Assembly (NCBI GenBank): GCA_041674405.1
Contig: JBAYVT010000002.1
Coordinates: 60,001 to 92,000, forward strand
Direction: 5' to 3'
DNA from: Patescibacteria group bacterium
GTDB taxonomy: Bacteria > Patescibacteriota > UBA1384 > XYA2-FULL-43-10
Length of the DNA: 32,000 nucleotides
Positions 18,210 to 27,803 of the stretch are shown here, in pieces. How positions within the stretch are numbered: the stretch's first letter is position 1; every line of letters starts with the position of its first letter. A model generated the notes under the pieces. It worked only from the letters and a program-made list of their open reading frames with translations. It ran no database searches and was not told where the DNA came from. The position numbers and the translations under genes are program-made.

Positions 18210-18770
18210 TTAGCTAAAATTAACCTTAGCTGGCTGTTTCTCCGCTTCATTCTCAACTTCAAATAATTCCTTAGACTTAAAGCCAAACATCGAAGCAATA
18301 ATGTTCGAGGGGAAACTTTGGATAGCAATGTTTAGTTCGCGAACATTGCCATTGTAAAACCTGCGGGCAGCCTGAATTTTATCTTCTGTGTCTGTAAGCT
18401 CGTCCTGCAGTTTGCCAAAGTTTTCATTGGCTTTGAGCTGTGGGTAGTTTTCAGCAATTGCGAAAATTGATTTAAGGGCTTCGGAAATTTGATTTTCCGC
18501 CTTACCCTTTTCCGTAAGATTTCCAGCTTTAAGCGCATCTGCACGTGCCTTGGTCACATTTTCAAAAACTTCTTTTTCATGTTTTTCGTAACCTTTGACT
18601 GTTTCGACTAAGTTGGGAATCAGGTCATACCTACGTTTCAACTGAACATCAATATCACTCCACGCCTCTTCGGATCGAACTTTCAAGGTAACAAGCTTGT
18701 TGTAGCCAGCAATCAAAGCAATAAGTATTATTGCTACGATTATAATTATGATCCAAACAGCTATCGACAT
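18210..18770 (-). CDS. lemA: LemA family protein
   Basis: N-terminal anchor followed by YNKLVTLKVRSEEAWSDIDVQLKRRYDLIPNLVETVKGY and ARRFYNGNVRELN. This is the canonical LemA sequence. Confidence 0.92.
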   Translation of the reverse strand: MSIAVWIIIIIVAIILIALIAGYNKLVTLKVRSEEAWSDIDVQLKRRYDLIPNLVETVKGYEKHEKEVFENVTKARADALKAGNLTEKGKAENQISEALKSIFAIAENYPQLKANENFGKLQDELTDTEDKIQAARRFYNGNVRELNIAIQSFPSNIIASMFGFKSKELFEVENEAEKQPAKVNFS

Positions 18771-18828
18771 AATATTCCTTTTTTATGAACTTCGTTCTAC
18801 AGACTCATAACTCAATATGCCTTAACTC

Positions 18829-21210
18829 TCAATTATTATACACATAATGCAAGTATATGTCACCAGATTTTGTTATTTCTTTGTCATTTAAATTCTCGAA
18901 TCGGGCTGAAAGCCGGAATGTTTTACCATCAGATACATAGCCATAAAACCAGCCCTCAGACGATTTTGGATCTGCCGGAATCACATCGATATAAGTTGGC
19001 ACAATTGCCTTTTCGACTAGATTGCCAGCCGTATTTATATTAAGCAAGGCCGAAGATATCGGATATTTACCATATTTTTGCTTATAAGCTTCAAGACCGC
19101 CTTTGATTTTGGCAAGATCTGATCTGCGTAAATTGTCATTTGTTTCTGCCGTTGACGCTTGTGCGTTGCTTGAAGACCCGTAAGTGCTGCCAGGGGTAGT
19201 ATCCGAGCTTGATGATGAAGAACTCGTTGCAATTTCTATTTTATCACCAAGGCTTGGTATCGTAATGGTATTTTCTACATCGTAACCGGAAAAGTCTATA
19301 TTTATCTCAGCCCGTGTTACAGAAGAAGAAATAGATGGGATGATAATCAGGTCAGCTTTGTGTATGAGATGGTCTGAAATTCCAATCCAAATATTGCCAT
19401 CGATTTTTTGTACCATTTCACTCTTTATCCCTAATTTATCAAATATTCCGCCGATTTCAAGTTTGTCTATCTGGTAATTGTAACATCGTACTCCTCCGAT
19501 TTTCTCGTTAGCAACACGGCTACCAATGATGGAAAAACCTTGGTCTGGTTTGGCTGCATAGAATTGGGACATAGCATTTCCACTATCTGCCAGTGCCGAA
19601 AGTTTATAATCAAGCCACTTGTTCGGGTCTGCTTTTTCGTTAAATTTTATATCACTTCCCGCTTTAACATATAAATCGTTGGCTGAATTCAACAAAGAAA
19701 TTTTGCTGTCTGATCCTACTAATTTTTTAACTGTGATGTCCAGAGAGAATGCATTTTTGTTGGACGAACCAGAAAACGTAAAATCCAGCTGCTTTACTGT
19801 GGTTTCTTGTGATTGGTAGCTTGGATAAGAAGACTGGTCCCCTAAATTAGTTGTGGAATTGGTGGCAGAATTATTTGCCGAATTTGAATTGTCCGTTGCG
19901 GAGTCAACAGATGGTGTAGAAGAATATGACGAACTACCATAAATATCGGATGCTGTAGAATCCGTGCTCGTCGAAGAATCACCAGAATAATAGCTTTCGT
20001 ATTGGGCCAATACTCCGGAAATTGAATTGCTTATTTCGCTGTCAGATAGTGCATAAGGAAGGGCAATGGCCGACACAAGCGGCGAGGTTATGTTTGAATT
20101 TATTGTTTTATTGACGGTCAGAGACAAGGTTCCGGACATTTTAAAATTCGGATGATTTTGATTGTTGGCAACTGCTATTGCTAGAGCTTTTTCTGGATTT
20201 TTTGGCAGGCCACCCCACAAGTTCTCAAGGCCAATAGCACCATAAATATTTTCGAGCCCCAATGACATTACGCCGGCTTCGGTTAAAAACGTGACCGCCA
20301 CAATCAACAGAATTGCGCACGAAGTAATTACAAAAGCCGGCCTTTTCAAAAGGGGTGGTTTACTGCTTTTGGCAAACTGGGGAGCTGCACCCACCTGCTT
20401 AGCACCCGATTGCATAGGTTTCACAGGCGCACCGGAAACAGAAGGCATTTTTGCGTATGGCGGAACAGCAGCCGTTGTATTATTCGTCTTTGCTTGGCTG
20501 GGATTTACCGGTAACGTTGGCAAAACCGGCTCACCCACGGGCTTTTCGGAAGAAGGTTTGCGTTTTTTAAAAAATCCAAATATACCGGCCTTCTTGGGCT
20601 TGTTAATAGATGGCATATCCGAAGAAACCGGCTTATTAATTTCCGGCTGCTTGATATCACTTAGAGAATTATTTGTAGTTTTTTGGGTATTGACCGGTTG
20701 TTGAGGCAGTGGCGGCATTGCCGCATCTTCCAATTGTTTTCCATCAGGCGTCGATAAATCAATAACCGGTGGCGAGGATTTTTCTTGGGGCAAATTTTCA
20801 GTAACATCGGGCTTGCTTGCATTTTCGACAATCTGATTTCCAGCAGGATCAATCTTTGGTTGTGGTTGCTCTAAAAGAGGGCCAACGGGCGTAGTTTCTG
20901 GTTTAGCCATTTCGGCTGTTTCGGTTGCCTTTTTGGAGGCTACTTCTGGTGCAGTATTTGGTTTATTTGCCGGCACAGAAGCTTGGTCATTGGCAGCAAC
21001 AGACGAAGCAGGAATTTTTTTGCCAACCTGCTCGTCAATCTCCTTGGGAATGTTAAAAGGAACGGGTTTTTCCTCCGGTTCATTAGAAACATTTTCATTA
21101 TCCAATGTTCCGACAATTTTGGGCTTATTTCCTTCTTCGGGAAGATCAACTGGGTCGTCCCAGGGACTGCCTCCGGTTCCCGAAGCGGTATTTGTATCGT
21201 CTAGGTCCAT
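18829..21210 (-). CDS. Large membrane-anchored surface protein: disordered Pro/Lys-rich N-terminus, one TM helix, Ser/Thr/Asn-rich ectodomain, C-terminal T2SS-G/pseudopilin-like domain
   Basis: 793 aa. TM segment FVITSCAILLIVAVTFLTEAGV. Low-complexity S/T/N tracts. The last ~105 aa (RRSDLAKIKGGLEAYKQKYGKYP ... IPADPKSSEGWFYGYVSDGKTFRLSARFEN) resemble the globular domain of GspG/type IV pilin-like proteins, but lack the usual N-terminal prepilin helix. Confidence 0.75.
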   Translation of the reverse strand: MDLDDTNTASGTGGSPWDDPVDLPEEGNKPKIVGTLDNENVSNEPEEKPVPFNIPKEIDEQVGKKIPASSVAANDQASVPANKPNTAPEVASKKATETAEMAKPETTPVGPLLEQPQPKIDPAGNQIVENASKPDVTENLPQEKSSPPVIDLSTPDGKQLEDAAMPPLPQQPVNTQKTTNNSLSDIKQPEINKPVSSDMPSINKPKKAGIFGFFKKRKPSSEKPVGEPVLPTLPVNPSQAKTNNTTAAVPPYAKMPSVSGAPVKPMQSGAKQVGAAPQFAKSSKPPLLKRPAFVITSCAILLIVAVTFLTEAGVMSLGLENIYGAIGLENLWGGLPKNPEKALAIAVANNQNHPNFKMSGTLSLTVNKTINSNITSPLVSAIALPYALSDSEISNSISGVLAQYESYYSGDSSTSTDSTASDIYGSSSYSSTPSVDSATDNSNSANNSATNSTTNLGDQSSYPSYQSQETTVKQLDFTFSGSSNKNAFSLDITVKKLVGSDSKISLLNSANDLYVKAGSDIKFNEKADPNKWLDYKLSALADSGNAMSQFYAAKPDQGFSIIGSRVANEKIGGVRCYNYQIDKLEIGGIFDKLGIKSEMVQKIDGNIWIGISDHLIHKADLIIIPSISSSVTRAEINIDFSGYDVENTITIPSLGDKIEIATSSSSSSSDTTPGSTYGSSSNAQASTAETNDNLRRSDLAKIKGGLEAYKQKYGKYPISSALLNINTAGNLVEKAIVPTYIDVIPADPKSSEGWFYGYVSDGKTFRLSARFENLNDKEITKSGDIYLHYVYNN

Positions 21211-21274
21211 TACCCCTCACTGCTAATCATGCATATTATAAGATTAATCGCACCTAAGAACAAGCCTTGGCGGT

Positions 21275-21709
21275 TCATTTCAATTCAATTTTAACCATAA
21301 GCTCAAATTCTTTTCCTCCAATAACGATTTTTACCGAATGATCCCCTTCGTCTTTGAGCGCCCCCTTTAAGTTAACTTTTTCTGCGTGTATTTGATATTT
21401 TTCGGCAAGCTCGTCTTCTATTTTCTTGGCATTTATGCCGGTATAGGCTTTTTTACCCTTTTCCGCTTTAAGGACAAAGTTCAAATTTAAATTTTGAATT
21501 GATTCCGCCAAATCTTTCGAACGGCTTTCGTCTTCCTCTTTCTCTTTGTTTATAAGATATTCTGATTCCAATTTTTTGGCACGTGAATCAGTAGCATAAA
21601 ATGCCAGCCCTTTTGGAATCAGATAATTTCGCGCAAATCCCGGCTTAACATTCCTGCGCTCTCCCAACTCCCCTATACCTTCTAATTTCTTGGTAAAAAT
21701 TACTTCCAT
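21275..21709 (-). CDS. rplI: 50S ribosomal protein L9
   Basis: MEVIFTKKLEGIGELGERRNVKPGFARNYLIPKGLA is the conserved L9 N-domain. Confidence 0.95.
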   Translation of the reverse strand: MEVIFTKKLEGIGELGERRNVKPGFARNYLIPKGLAFYATDSRAKKLESEYLINKEKEEDESRSKDLAESIQNLNLNFVLKAEKGKKAYTGINAKKIEDELAEKYQIHAEKVNLKGALKDEGDHSVKIVIGGKEFELMVKIELK

Positions 21710-21713
21710 AAAC

Positions 21714-22946
21714 CTACTTCTTTAATAAATATTGTAAAGCACCCGATAAAATATTGTCGTCTGAAGCATTTGTGTCAGCCTTAATCTCCAAATCCGGCTT
21801 AATTCCAACTTTATCAATCGTATTCCCATTCGGCGTAAGCCATTTTGCAATCGTGACCTTGATGGCTGAGCCGTCTTTTAGCTCCTCCAGTATTTGTACG
21901 CTTCCCTTGCCAAAAGTTGTTGTACCGATGATCTCACCACGCGCTCTGTCCTTAATTGCGCCAGCCAATATCTCAGCCGCTGAAGCCGATCCATCATTCA
22001 CCATAACAGCCAAAGGATAATCCTTGAGTGTCGCCCGCCTTATGGTTTTATAATCCTTCTTCTTGTTGTCTTTTTCAACTTCAGAGACCACATTTCCGCC
22101 ATCCAAGAAATAGCTGGCGACATCGACTGCACTATCAAGATAACCACCAGGATTGTTCCTAAGATCCAGAACAATTCCATCGGGTTTATTTTTTAAAATA
22201 TCATTCGCAATGCCATCAAACAGGTTATTAGTATCATCACCAAATTGTCGGATTGTCACATATGCAAATTTCTTGCCATCCAATGTCTTATATTCCAGCG
22301 TAACCGATGGAACCGTGATTTTTTCTCTGGTAACCCTGATTGTAATATTTTGATCCTGTCCAGGCCTCGATAATACTAATGTTACATCCGTGCCGCTTGT
22401 TCCTCTGATTTTATCAATCGTGCCTTGGAAGCCGAGATCAAAAGCATTTTGCCCGTCTACTGAAATTATCACGTCTTTTGCCTTGATTCCGGCTTTCTCC
22501 GCCGGAGAGTCAGGGAGAGGGGCAACAATGGTTAAGGAGTTATTTACTTCGGTAACCTCCACGCCGATCCCTTCAAATTGTCCGGACATATCTTCTTGAA
22601 ATTTTTTGTTTTCCTCTGGGGTAAAGTACACGGTATAAGGATCATTTAGCGAATTTAGCATGCCTGAAATTGCGCCATAAACAAGGTTTTGGGGATTTAT
22701 TGTATCAACCGAGTCTTGATTCAATTTGTTCCAAGCATCCCAAAAAGTTGAAAAATCGACATTTGCCGGCTTACCGGTATCGGTATTTACTACACTCGCC
22801 GGAACAAAGGGAATGTTAAGATCGATGCCCTTTTTCCCGGTGGTATATCCCGATATAAAAGCGCCCGATAGTACGATTATCAGGACAAGAAAATACAACA
22901 AACATTTAGCCCAAATTTGTTTAGGCCATTTTTTCTTTATTTTCAT
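21714..22946 (-). CDS. Carboxy-terminal processing (S41) peptidase with PDZ domain
   Basis: PDZ block (SPAEKAGIKAKDVIISVDG), DLRNNPGGYL, and the catalytic Ser region NDGSASAAEILAGA. N-terminal membrane anchor. Confidence 0.9.
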   Translation of the reverse strand: MKIKKKWPKQIWAKCLLYFLVLIIVLSGAFISGYTTGKKGIDLNIPFVPASVVNTDTGKPANVDFSTFWDAWNKLNQDSVDTINPQNLVYGAISGMLNSLNDPYTVYFTPEENKKFQEDMSGQFEGIGVEVTEVNNSLTIVAPLPDSPAEKAGIKAKDVIISVDGQNAFDLGFQGTIDKIRGTSGTDVTLVLSRPGQDQNITIRVTREKITVPSVTLEYKTLDGKKFAYVTIRQFGDDTNNLFDGIANDILKNKPDGIVLDLRNNPGGYLDSAVDVASYFLDGGNVVSEVEKDNKKKDYKTIRRATLKDYPLAVMVNDGSASAAEILAGAIKDRARGEIIGTTTFGKGSVQILEELKDGSAIKVTIAKWLTPNGNTIDKVGIKPDLEIKADTNASDDNILSGALQYLLKK

Positions 22947-23004
22947 GAGATAATTGTAACCAAATTAGTCTGATAAGTCTAATGGGCTAATTGGGAATTT
23001 TTGT

Positions 23005-24183
23005 TTAGTAAATGTAGCTATATCCGCCATAGCGTCCAGGATTTACGTTCTCTCGATAGCTATACTTGAATTTAGACCAGTTATACTCCGAAACGTCAAT
23101 CGTCCCGTCTCCATTTATCGCTTGCACAATCGCAACGTGACCGTACGGCATAGAAGTAGATTTTTGCCAACTAATAATTGCGCCGACACGGGGGGTGGAA
23201 GAAACGCTGTATCCTTGGTCGCCAGCAAGAACAGGCCAATTTGCCGCATCTCCATTACCAGGCCGAGTATTATGCCAAGCTTTACCTTCCATTACATTAA
23301 AATACCATGATGCATATGATGTACATTCTCTCACCAAGAAACCATATCCAGGAGGATCTGGGTCTGGAGTGTCTGGTGTAAGATAACAATACGGGTATCC
23401 GCCACACCCTTGGTCTTTTACGATCTCTCCTGCTCCTAGTTTTTGGCGCAATGCATAAATAGCGTCAGAAAGATTATGGATTTCTGATTTTAATGCCTCA
23501 ACCCGATCTAAATAGCTCTGCTTTTGAGCCAAGGTTCCGGTAAGTAGGGTGTTTTTATAACTCTTCTGTGCTGTTATCGAATTGAAATAACTTTCTTTCT
23601 GGTCACGCAAACTTTTCAGTTCTGCCATTTTGCTGTCCTGATCGGCTTTTTGTTTTGAAAGCTCGTCTTTCATTTCATTAATCTTCTCTGTTTCAGTCTG
23701 AATTTGTTGTTTGATAGCATCGTAATATTGCTGTTTGGTGACCGCATCAGATAACGTGCCTGAAGACAAAAGCGCATAAGTCAAGCCTGAATTATCCCCT
23801 TCCATATACCACGAAACGACAATGTTATTTAATTTAATTTTTTCTTCATCCAATTTATTTTGCTGTTCCTCAATTTGCCTCGCCAGATCATCAATCGTGG
23901 TTTGGGTTTCTGTAATCTGATTTTCGGTAGTATCGATTGCATTTTGAGTTGAGGTGATTTGACTATTTAGGTTATTTATTTGTGTGTTTATCGCGTCTGC
24001 TTGTTTCTGGGCAGTAGCTGCAGCTGCTGCAGCAGCCGCCGCCTGTTGTTGTTTGGCCGTCTGTTGCTTCTGCAAATCGGATAAAGAGGTTGCCGATGAG
24101 GACAAAGGAATCAAAAAAAGCGCAAAACCAAGTATTAGCGATGCGCCCCAAGTGATAAATTTTTGTATTTTTTCAACCCTCAC
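23005..24183 (-). CDS. Secreted PcsB-like peptidoglycan hydrolase: signal peptide, long coiled coil, C-terminal CHAP domain
   Basis: Signal-like N-terminus. About 220 aa of Q/E/K-rich heptad-like sequence, including a poly-Ala run. A CHAP domain with catalytic Cys (RECTSYASWYF) and His (YGHVAIV). GTG start at 24183 with a purine-rich SD. Confidence 0.85.
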   Translation of the reverse strand: MRVEKIQKFITWGASLILGFALFLIPLSSSATSLSDLQKQQTAKQQQAAAAAAAAATAQKQADAINTQINNLNSQITSTQNAIDTTENQITETQTTIDDLARQIEEQQNKLDEEKIKLNNIVVSWYMEGDNSGLTYALLSSGTLSDAVTKQQYYDAIKQQIQTETEKINEMKDELSKQKADQDSKMAELKSLRDQKESYFNSITAQKSYKNTLLTGTLAQKQSYLDRVEALKSEIHNLSDAIYALRQKLGAGEIVKDQGCGGYPYCYLTPDTPDPDPPGYGFLVRECTSYASWYFNVMEGKAWHNTRPGNGDAANWPVLAGDQGYSVSSTPRVGAIISWQKSTSMPYGHVAIVQAINGDGTIDVSEYNWSKFKYSYRENVNPGRYGGYSYIY

Positions 24184-24280
24184 TTATTCTTCTTTCCTGT
24201 ACATATTATTATACTACTTATCATTTAACTGGTCAAGATATTAATATATGTTTCAAAGTTTTTTACTTTTGAATTTTGGC

Positions 24281-25189
24281 TTATTTAAGGTATTTCTTAA
24301 CGGCAACAATCGAACATACAGCGCCAAGTATAACACCAACGGCAAATTGCAAAAATATTACCAATCCGAAACTGACCCCAAGATAGCCTTGCCCCATATC
24401 AAAACCGCCGAGATAATTTCTAGCAACAGGAATTGTGATTTGAAAAGCCAAATACAAAAGCAGAGACGCAATTATGGTGGCAGCGATACCATACGCTATA
24501 CCATCAACTATAAATGGACCGCGGATATACCAATCCGTCGCCCCCACAAGCTTCATGATTTCTATTTCTTCCGATCGTGCAAATATTGTTAAGCGGATCG
24601 TATTGTAAATAACCAAAACAGAGATCAAGGCAAAAACCAAAGAAAGGCTCCAACCAGCGATATTCACAAAAGTAGTTATCCTGATAAGTTTGTCGATTAA
24701 ATCTTTATTTTTGCGGTAAGATAATTCTTTGATCAACGGAGTGTATTCCTGGCTGGAAAGAAAAGAGTCAATTTTATCCAGATCCTGCGGATCTTCCGTT
24801 TTAATCTCTAAACTCCTGGGAAGCGGATTGTCGGCCTGATTGACAATATTTTTGATGTTTTCATTGTCTTTATTTCTCTCTTGCCAGATTCGCAATGCTT
24901 CTTCTTTTGAAACGTAATCTACCGATGTTACCTCCGGCCTGGCACGAATGACTTTTTGAAGCGCAGTAACCTGATCTTCAGTTGCAGAATCTTGAATATA
25001 GGCGACCATGTCGATCCTGTCTTTCAGGTTTTCCGCCATTTTATTTGTGATCACAGAAAGCGACGCAAATATCGAGATCGTGATAAGCGTAATTACCATA
25101 ATCAAGGTTGAAGCAAGCGAAAGCCAGCGATTCCGCCAGAGTGAAATCAGAGATGTTTTAAATATTCGATATATTGTGAGGGTAAACAT
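24281..25189 (-). CDS. ftsX: Cell-division ABC transporter permease-like protein FtsX
   Basis: Four-TM topology with a large first extracytoplasmic loop. Conserved MKLVGATDWYIRGPF block. Directly downstream of ftsE. Confidence 0.92.
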   Translation of the reverse strand: MFTLTIYRIFKTSLISLWRNRWLSLASTLIMVITLITISIFASLSVITNKMAENLKDRIDMVAYIQDSATEDQVTALQKVIRARPEVTSVDYVSKEEALRIWQERNKDNENIKNIVNQADNPLPRSLEIKTEDPQDLDKIDSFLSSQEYTPLIKELSYRKNKDLIDKLIRITTFVNIAGWSLSLVFALISVLVIYNTIRLTIFARSEEIEIMKLVGATDWYIRGPFIVDGIAYGIAATIIASLLLYLAFQITIPVARNYLGGFDMGQGYLGVSFGLVIFLQFAVGVILGAVCSIVAVKKYLK

Positions 25190-25280
25190 ATGTTTCCTTA
25201 ACCAGTTAAAAAGTTAAAAGTAAAAATTAGTTCAATGCTTAATAATTTTTTACTTGTAATTTTGAATTTTGATTTTCAAA

Positions 25281-26162
25281 TTAAAGAACGTACTTACCAT
25301 GTGCCTGGTCCGCCACGATTTTTCCGTCACGCATGGTGATAACCCTCCTCTGCAGAGCATCAACCACTTCTTTGTCGTGCGTTGCGAGAAGCACGATAGT
25401 TCCCTGTCGATTGATTTTGAACAAAAGCTCAATAATTTCCCATGTAGTTACAGGGTCCAAGTTACCAGTGGGCTCATCAGCGATTAAAAGCCTTGGCTTA
25501 TGCACAAGCGCTCTTGCGATCGAAACACGCTGTTTTTCACCACCTGATAATTCTTCAGATAGAGCCTTAATTCTCGAAGTCAATCCGACAATTTCAATAA
25601 TTTTTGGTACTTTGTCTTCGATTTCTGCCCTGGTCGCCCCAGCCACCTCTAGAGCAAAAGCGACATTTTCATATACGGTCTTTTTTGGAAGCAATTTGAA
25701 ATCTTGAAATATCACCCCGACCTTTCTGCGATAATAAGGTAAATCCCTTTTTTTAAGCTGCAAGATGTCTCGGCCGGCAACGATAATTCGTCCCGAAGTC
25801 GGATCTTCTTCTCTCGTCAAAAGCCTGATCAGGGTCGATTTGCCAGCCCCGGATGGCCCAACCAAAGATATGAATTCACCTAAAAAAACTTTGAAGGATA
25901 CATCGTCCACTGCAACAATATTGCCAGGATAAGTCTTGCACACATTGATAAATTCAATCACTGCTTCTGGTGAATTTTTTTTGGCTTTATTGCCTGGATC
26001 TGATTTTTTTTCATCAACAGAATCATTTTCTGGAACGTCTTTGGGCGGTTTAGGCATCAGATCTTGTCCTTCAGGCTTCTCTGAGGATTTATCATGAGGC
26101 GCTTTTGTTTGAGTCTCGGAATCTGCCTTTTTATCAATTTTTGGTTTCAAAATATCCTGCAT
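25281..26162 (-). CDS. ftsE: Cell-division ATP-binding protein FtsE with ~65-aa disordered N-terminal extension
   Basis: Walker A GPSGAGKST, signature LSGGEKQRVSIARAL, and Walker B LLIADEPTGNLD. The K/P/D/E-rich N-terminal extension precedes the ATPase core. Confidence 0.93.
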   Translation of the reverse strand: MQDILKPKIDKKADSETQTKAPHDKSSEKPEGQDLMPKPPKDVPENDSVDEKKSDPGNKAKKNSPEAVIEFINVCKTYPGNIVAVDDVSFKVFLGEFISLVGPSGAGKSTLIRLLTREEDPTSGRIIVAGRDILQLKKRDLPYYRRKVGVIFQDFKLLPKKTVYENVAFALEVAGATRAEIEDKVPKIIEIVGLTSRIKALSEELSGGEKQRVSIARALVHKPRLLIADEPTGNLDPVTTWEIIELLFKINRQGTIVLLATHDKEVVDALQRRVITMRDGKIVADQAHGKYVL

Positions 26163-26163
26163 A

Positions 26164-27747
26164 TTATCCCATTAATTTTGTTAAATCAGTACCGATCATC
26201 TCCCCTGGCATTGCAATCTCCATGACAGATAAAATTGTGGAGGCAACATCGGCAAGAATCCCCGTCGGTCCTTCAGAAGAATATTTTATCAAATCTTCAT
26301 GCTTGAATAAAATATCGTTACTAAATAAAAGTGGCTTTTTCAAAAAATCCATTGAAACAAAGGGTACGGGATTGGTCGTATGTTCTTTGTTTACCTCACC
26401 CGTGATCGGGTCAATCATATTTTCACAATTTCCATGATCAGCCGTAAGAAATACAAAATATCCATTTTCCGATGCTTTCAAAAGCATTTTTTTAAGACAA
26501 GAGTCAATCGCCTCGCATGCTTTTACCGATGCCCCAAGCATTCCTGTGTGCCCAACCATGTCCCCGTTTGCAAAATTCACAAGTATGAAGTCTTCCTTTG
26601 CTGACAGGGCAGAAATAACTTTTTCGCTCACGCCAGAAGCCGACATTTCAGGTTTTTTATCATATGTTGGCACTTTTGGAGATGGCACGACTATATCATT
26701 CTCGTTTTTGTGCGGCTTTTCTACCCCACCATTGAAAAAATAAGTCACATGAGGATACTTTTCAGTCTCAGCAGTATGAAATTGCTTAAGCCCAGACTCG
26801 GAAATAATGTCAGAAAAGGTATTTTTTAGATTTGTAGGCTTAAAAATTACCGGTAGGCCATACCTTGCATCATATTCTGTCATTGTAGCGATATTAAGCG
26901 GCGTAATTTTGTTTCGGCGAAAACCATTAAATTCAAAACTTGAGAAGGCCTCGAGGAGTTGGCGAACGCGATCTACGCGAAAATTGTAGAAAATTATCGT
27001 GTCACCGTGCTCGATCAAACCAGTTTTATCTATTACGCAAGGCTCAATAAACTCGTCAAATATCTGATTATCATAACTATCCTTGATCGCCTCAAGAACC
27101 GAAGAAAATTCTTTCCCCTTCCCTTCGGTCATCAGGCGATAAGCTTTTTCGGTACGTTGCCATCTTGAATCTCTATCCATCGCATAGTAGCGACCGATCA
27201 AAGTTGAGATTCGCCCAAGACCGATTGTTTTAAGCTTGGCTTCAATTTGTTGTGCAGTTGCTAATGCGGCCTTTGGTGGTGTGTCCCTGCCATCTGAAAT
27301 AAAATGGATACAAGCATCCTTCACCCCAATTTTTTTCGCAACATCTAAAGCGGCAAACAAGTGGTTCACATGAGAATGTACCCCTCCCGAACTGGTAATT
27401 CCGATAAGGTGCAATTTCCCCGATTTTGCCTTCTCCAGCGTTTTTGTCAGTTCTTCATTTTTCCCAAATTCGCCTGACTCGATAGCTTGGTCAATTCTGG
27501 GAAGGCTCTCCCATACAACCCTTCCTGTGCCTAAATTCAAGTGCCCTACTTCCGAATTTCCCATCTCTCCACGAGAAAGACCAACCTCTACTCCGGAGGC
27601 TGTAATCGAGATTTTTGGATAATTTCCATAAATGTGATCAAGGATTGGGGTTTTAGCAAGATAGGTCGCATTGCCATCTGTCACTGGAGATAATCCCCAT
27701 CCATCTAAAACCACGAGCATGGTTTTTCGTCTGGCCGATTCGGTCAT
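26164..27747 (-). CDS. gpmI: 2,3-bisphosphoglycerate-independent phosphoglycerate mutase
   Basis: LVVLDGWG, the NSEVGHLNLG-type motif (here MGNSEVGHLNLGTGR), and ADHGNCE are iPGM hallmarks. I use the ATG at 27747 (GAGG upstream). The track uses the GTG at 27756. Confidence 0.93.
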   Translation of the reverse strand: MTESARRKTMLVVLDGWGLSPVTDGNATYLAKTPILDHIYGNYPKISITASGVEVGLSRGEMGNSEVGHLNLGTGRVVWESLPRIDQAIESGEFGKNEELTKTLEKAKSGKLHLIGITSSGGVHSHVNHLFAALDVAKKIGVKDACIHFISDGRDTPPKAALATAQQIEAKLKTIGLGRISTLIGRYYAMDRDSRWQRTEKAYRLMTEGKGKEFSSVLEAIKDSYDNQIFDEFIEPCVIDKTGLIEHGDTIIFYNFRVDRVRQLLEAFSSFEFNGFRRNKITPLNIATMTEYDARYGLPVIFKPTNLKNTFSDIISESGLKQFHTAETEKYPHVTYFFNGGVEKPHKNENDIVVPSPKVPTYDKKPEMSASGVSEKVISALSAKEDFILVNFANGDMVGHTGMLGASVKACEAIDSCLKKMLLKASENGYFVFLTADHGNCENMIDPITGEVNKEHTTNPVPFVSMDFLKKPLLFSNDILFKHEDLIKYSSEGPTGILADVASTILSVMEIAMPGEMIGTDLTKLMG

Positions 27748-27803
27748 TTCCCTCACTTTGGCTAGTTTAATTACGCTATATATTATATCATGCGAGCTCT
27801 GCT

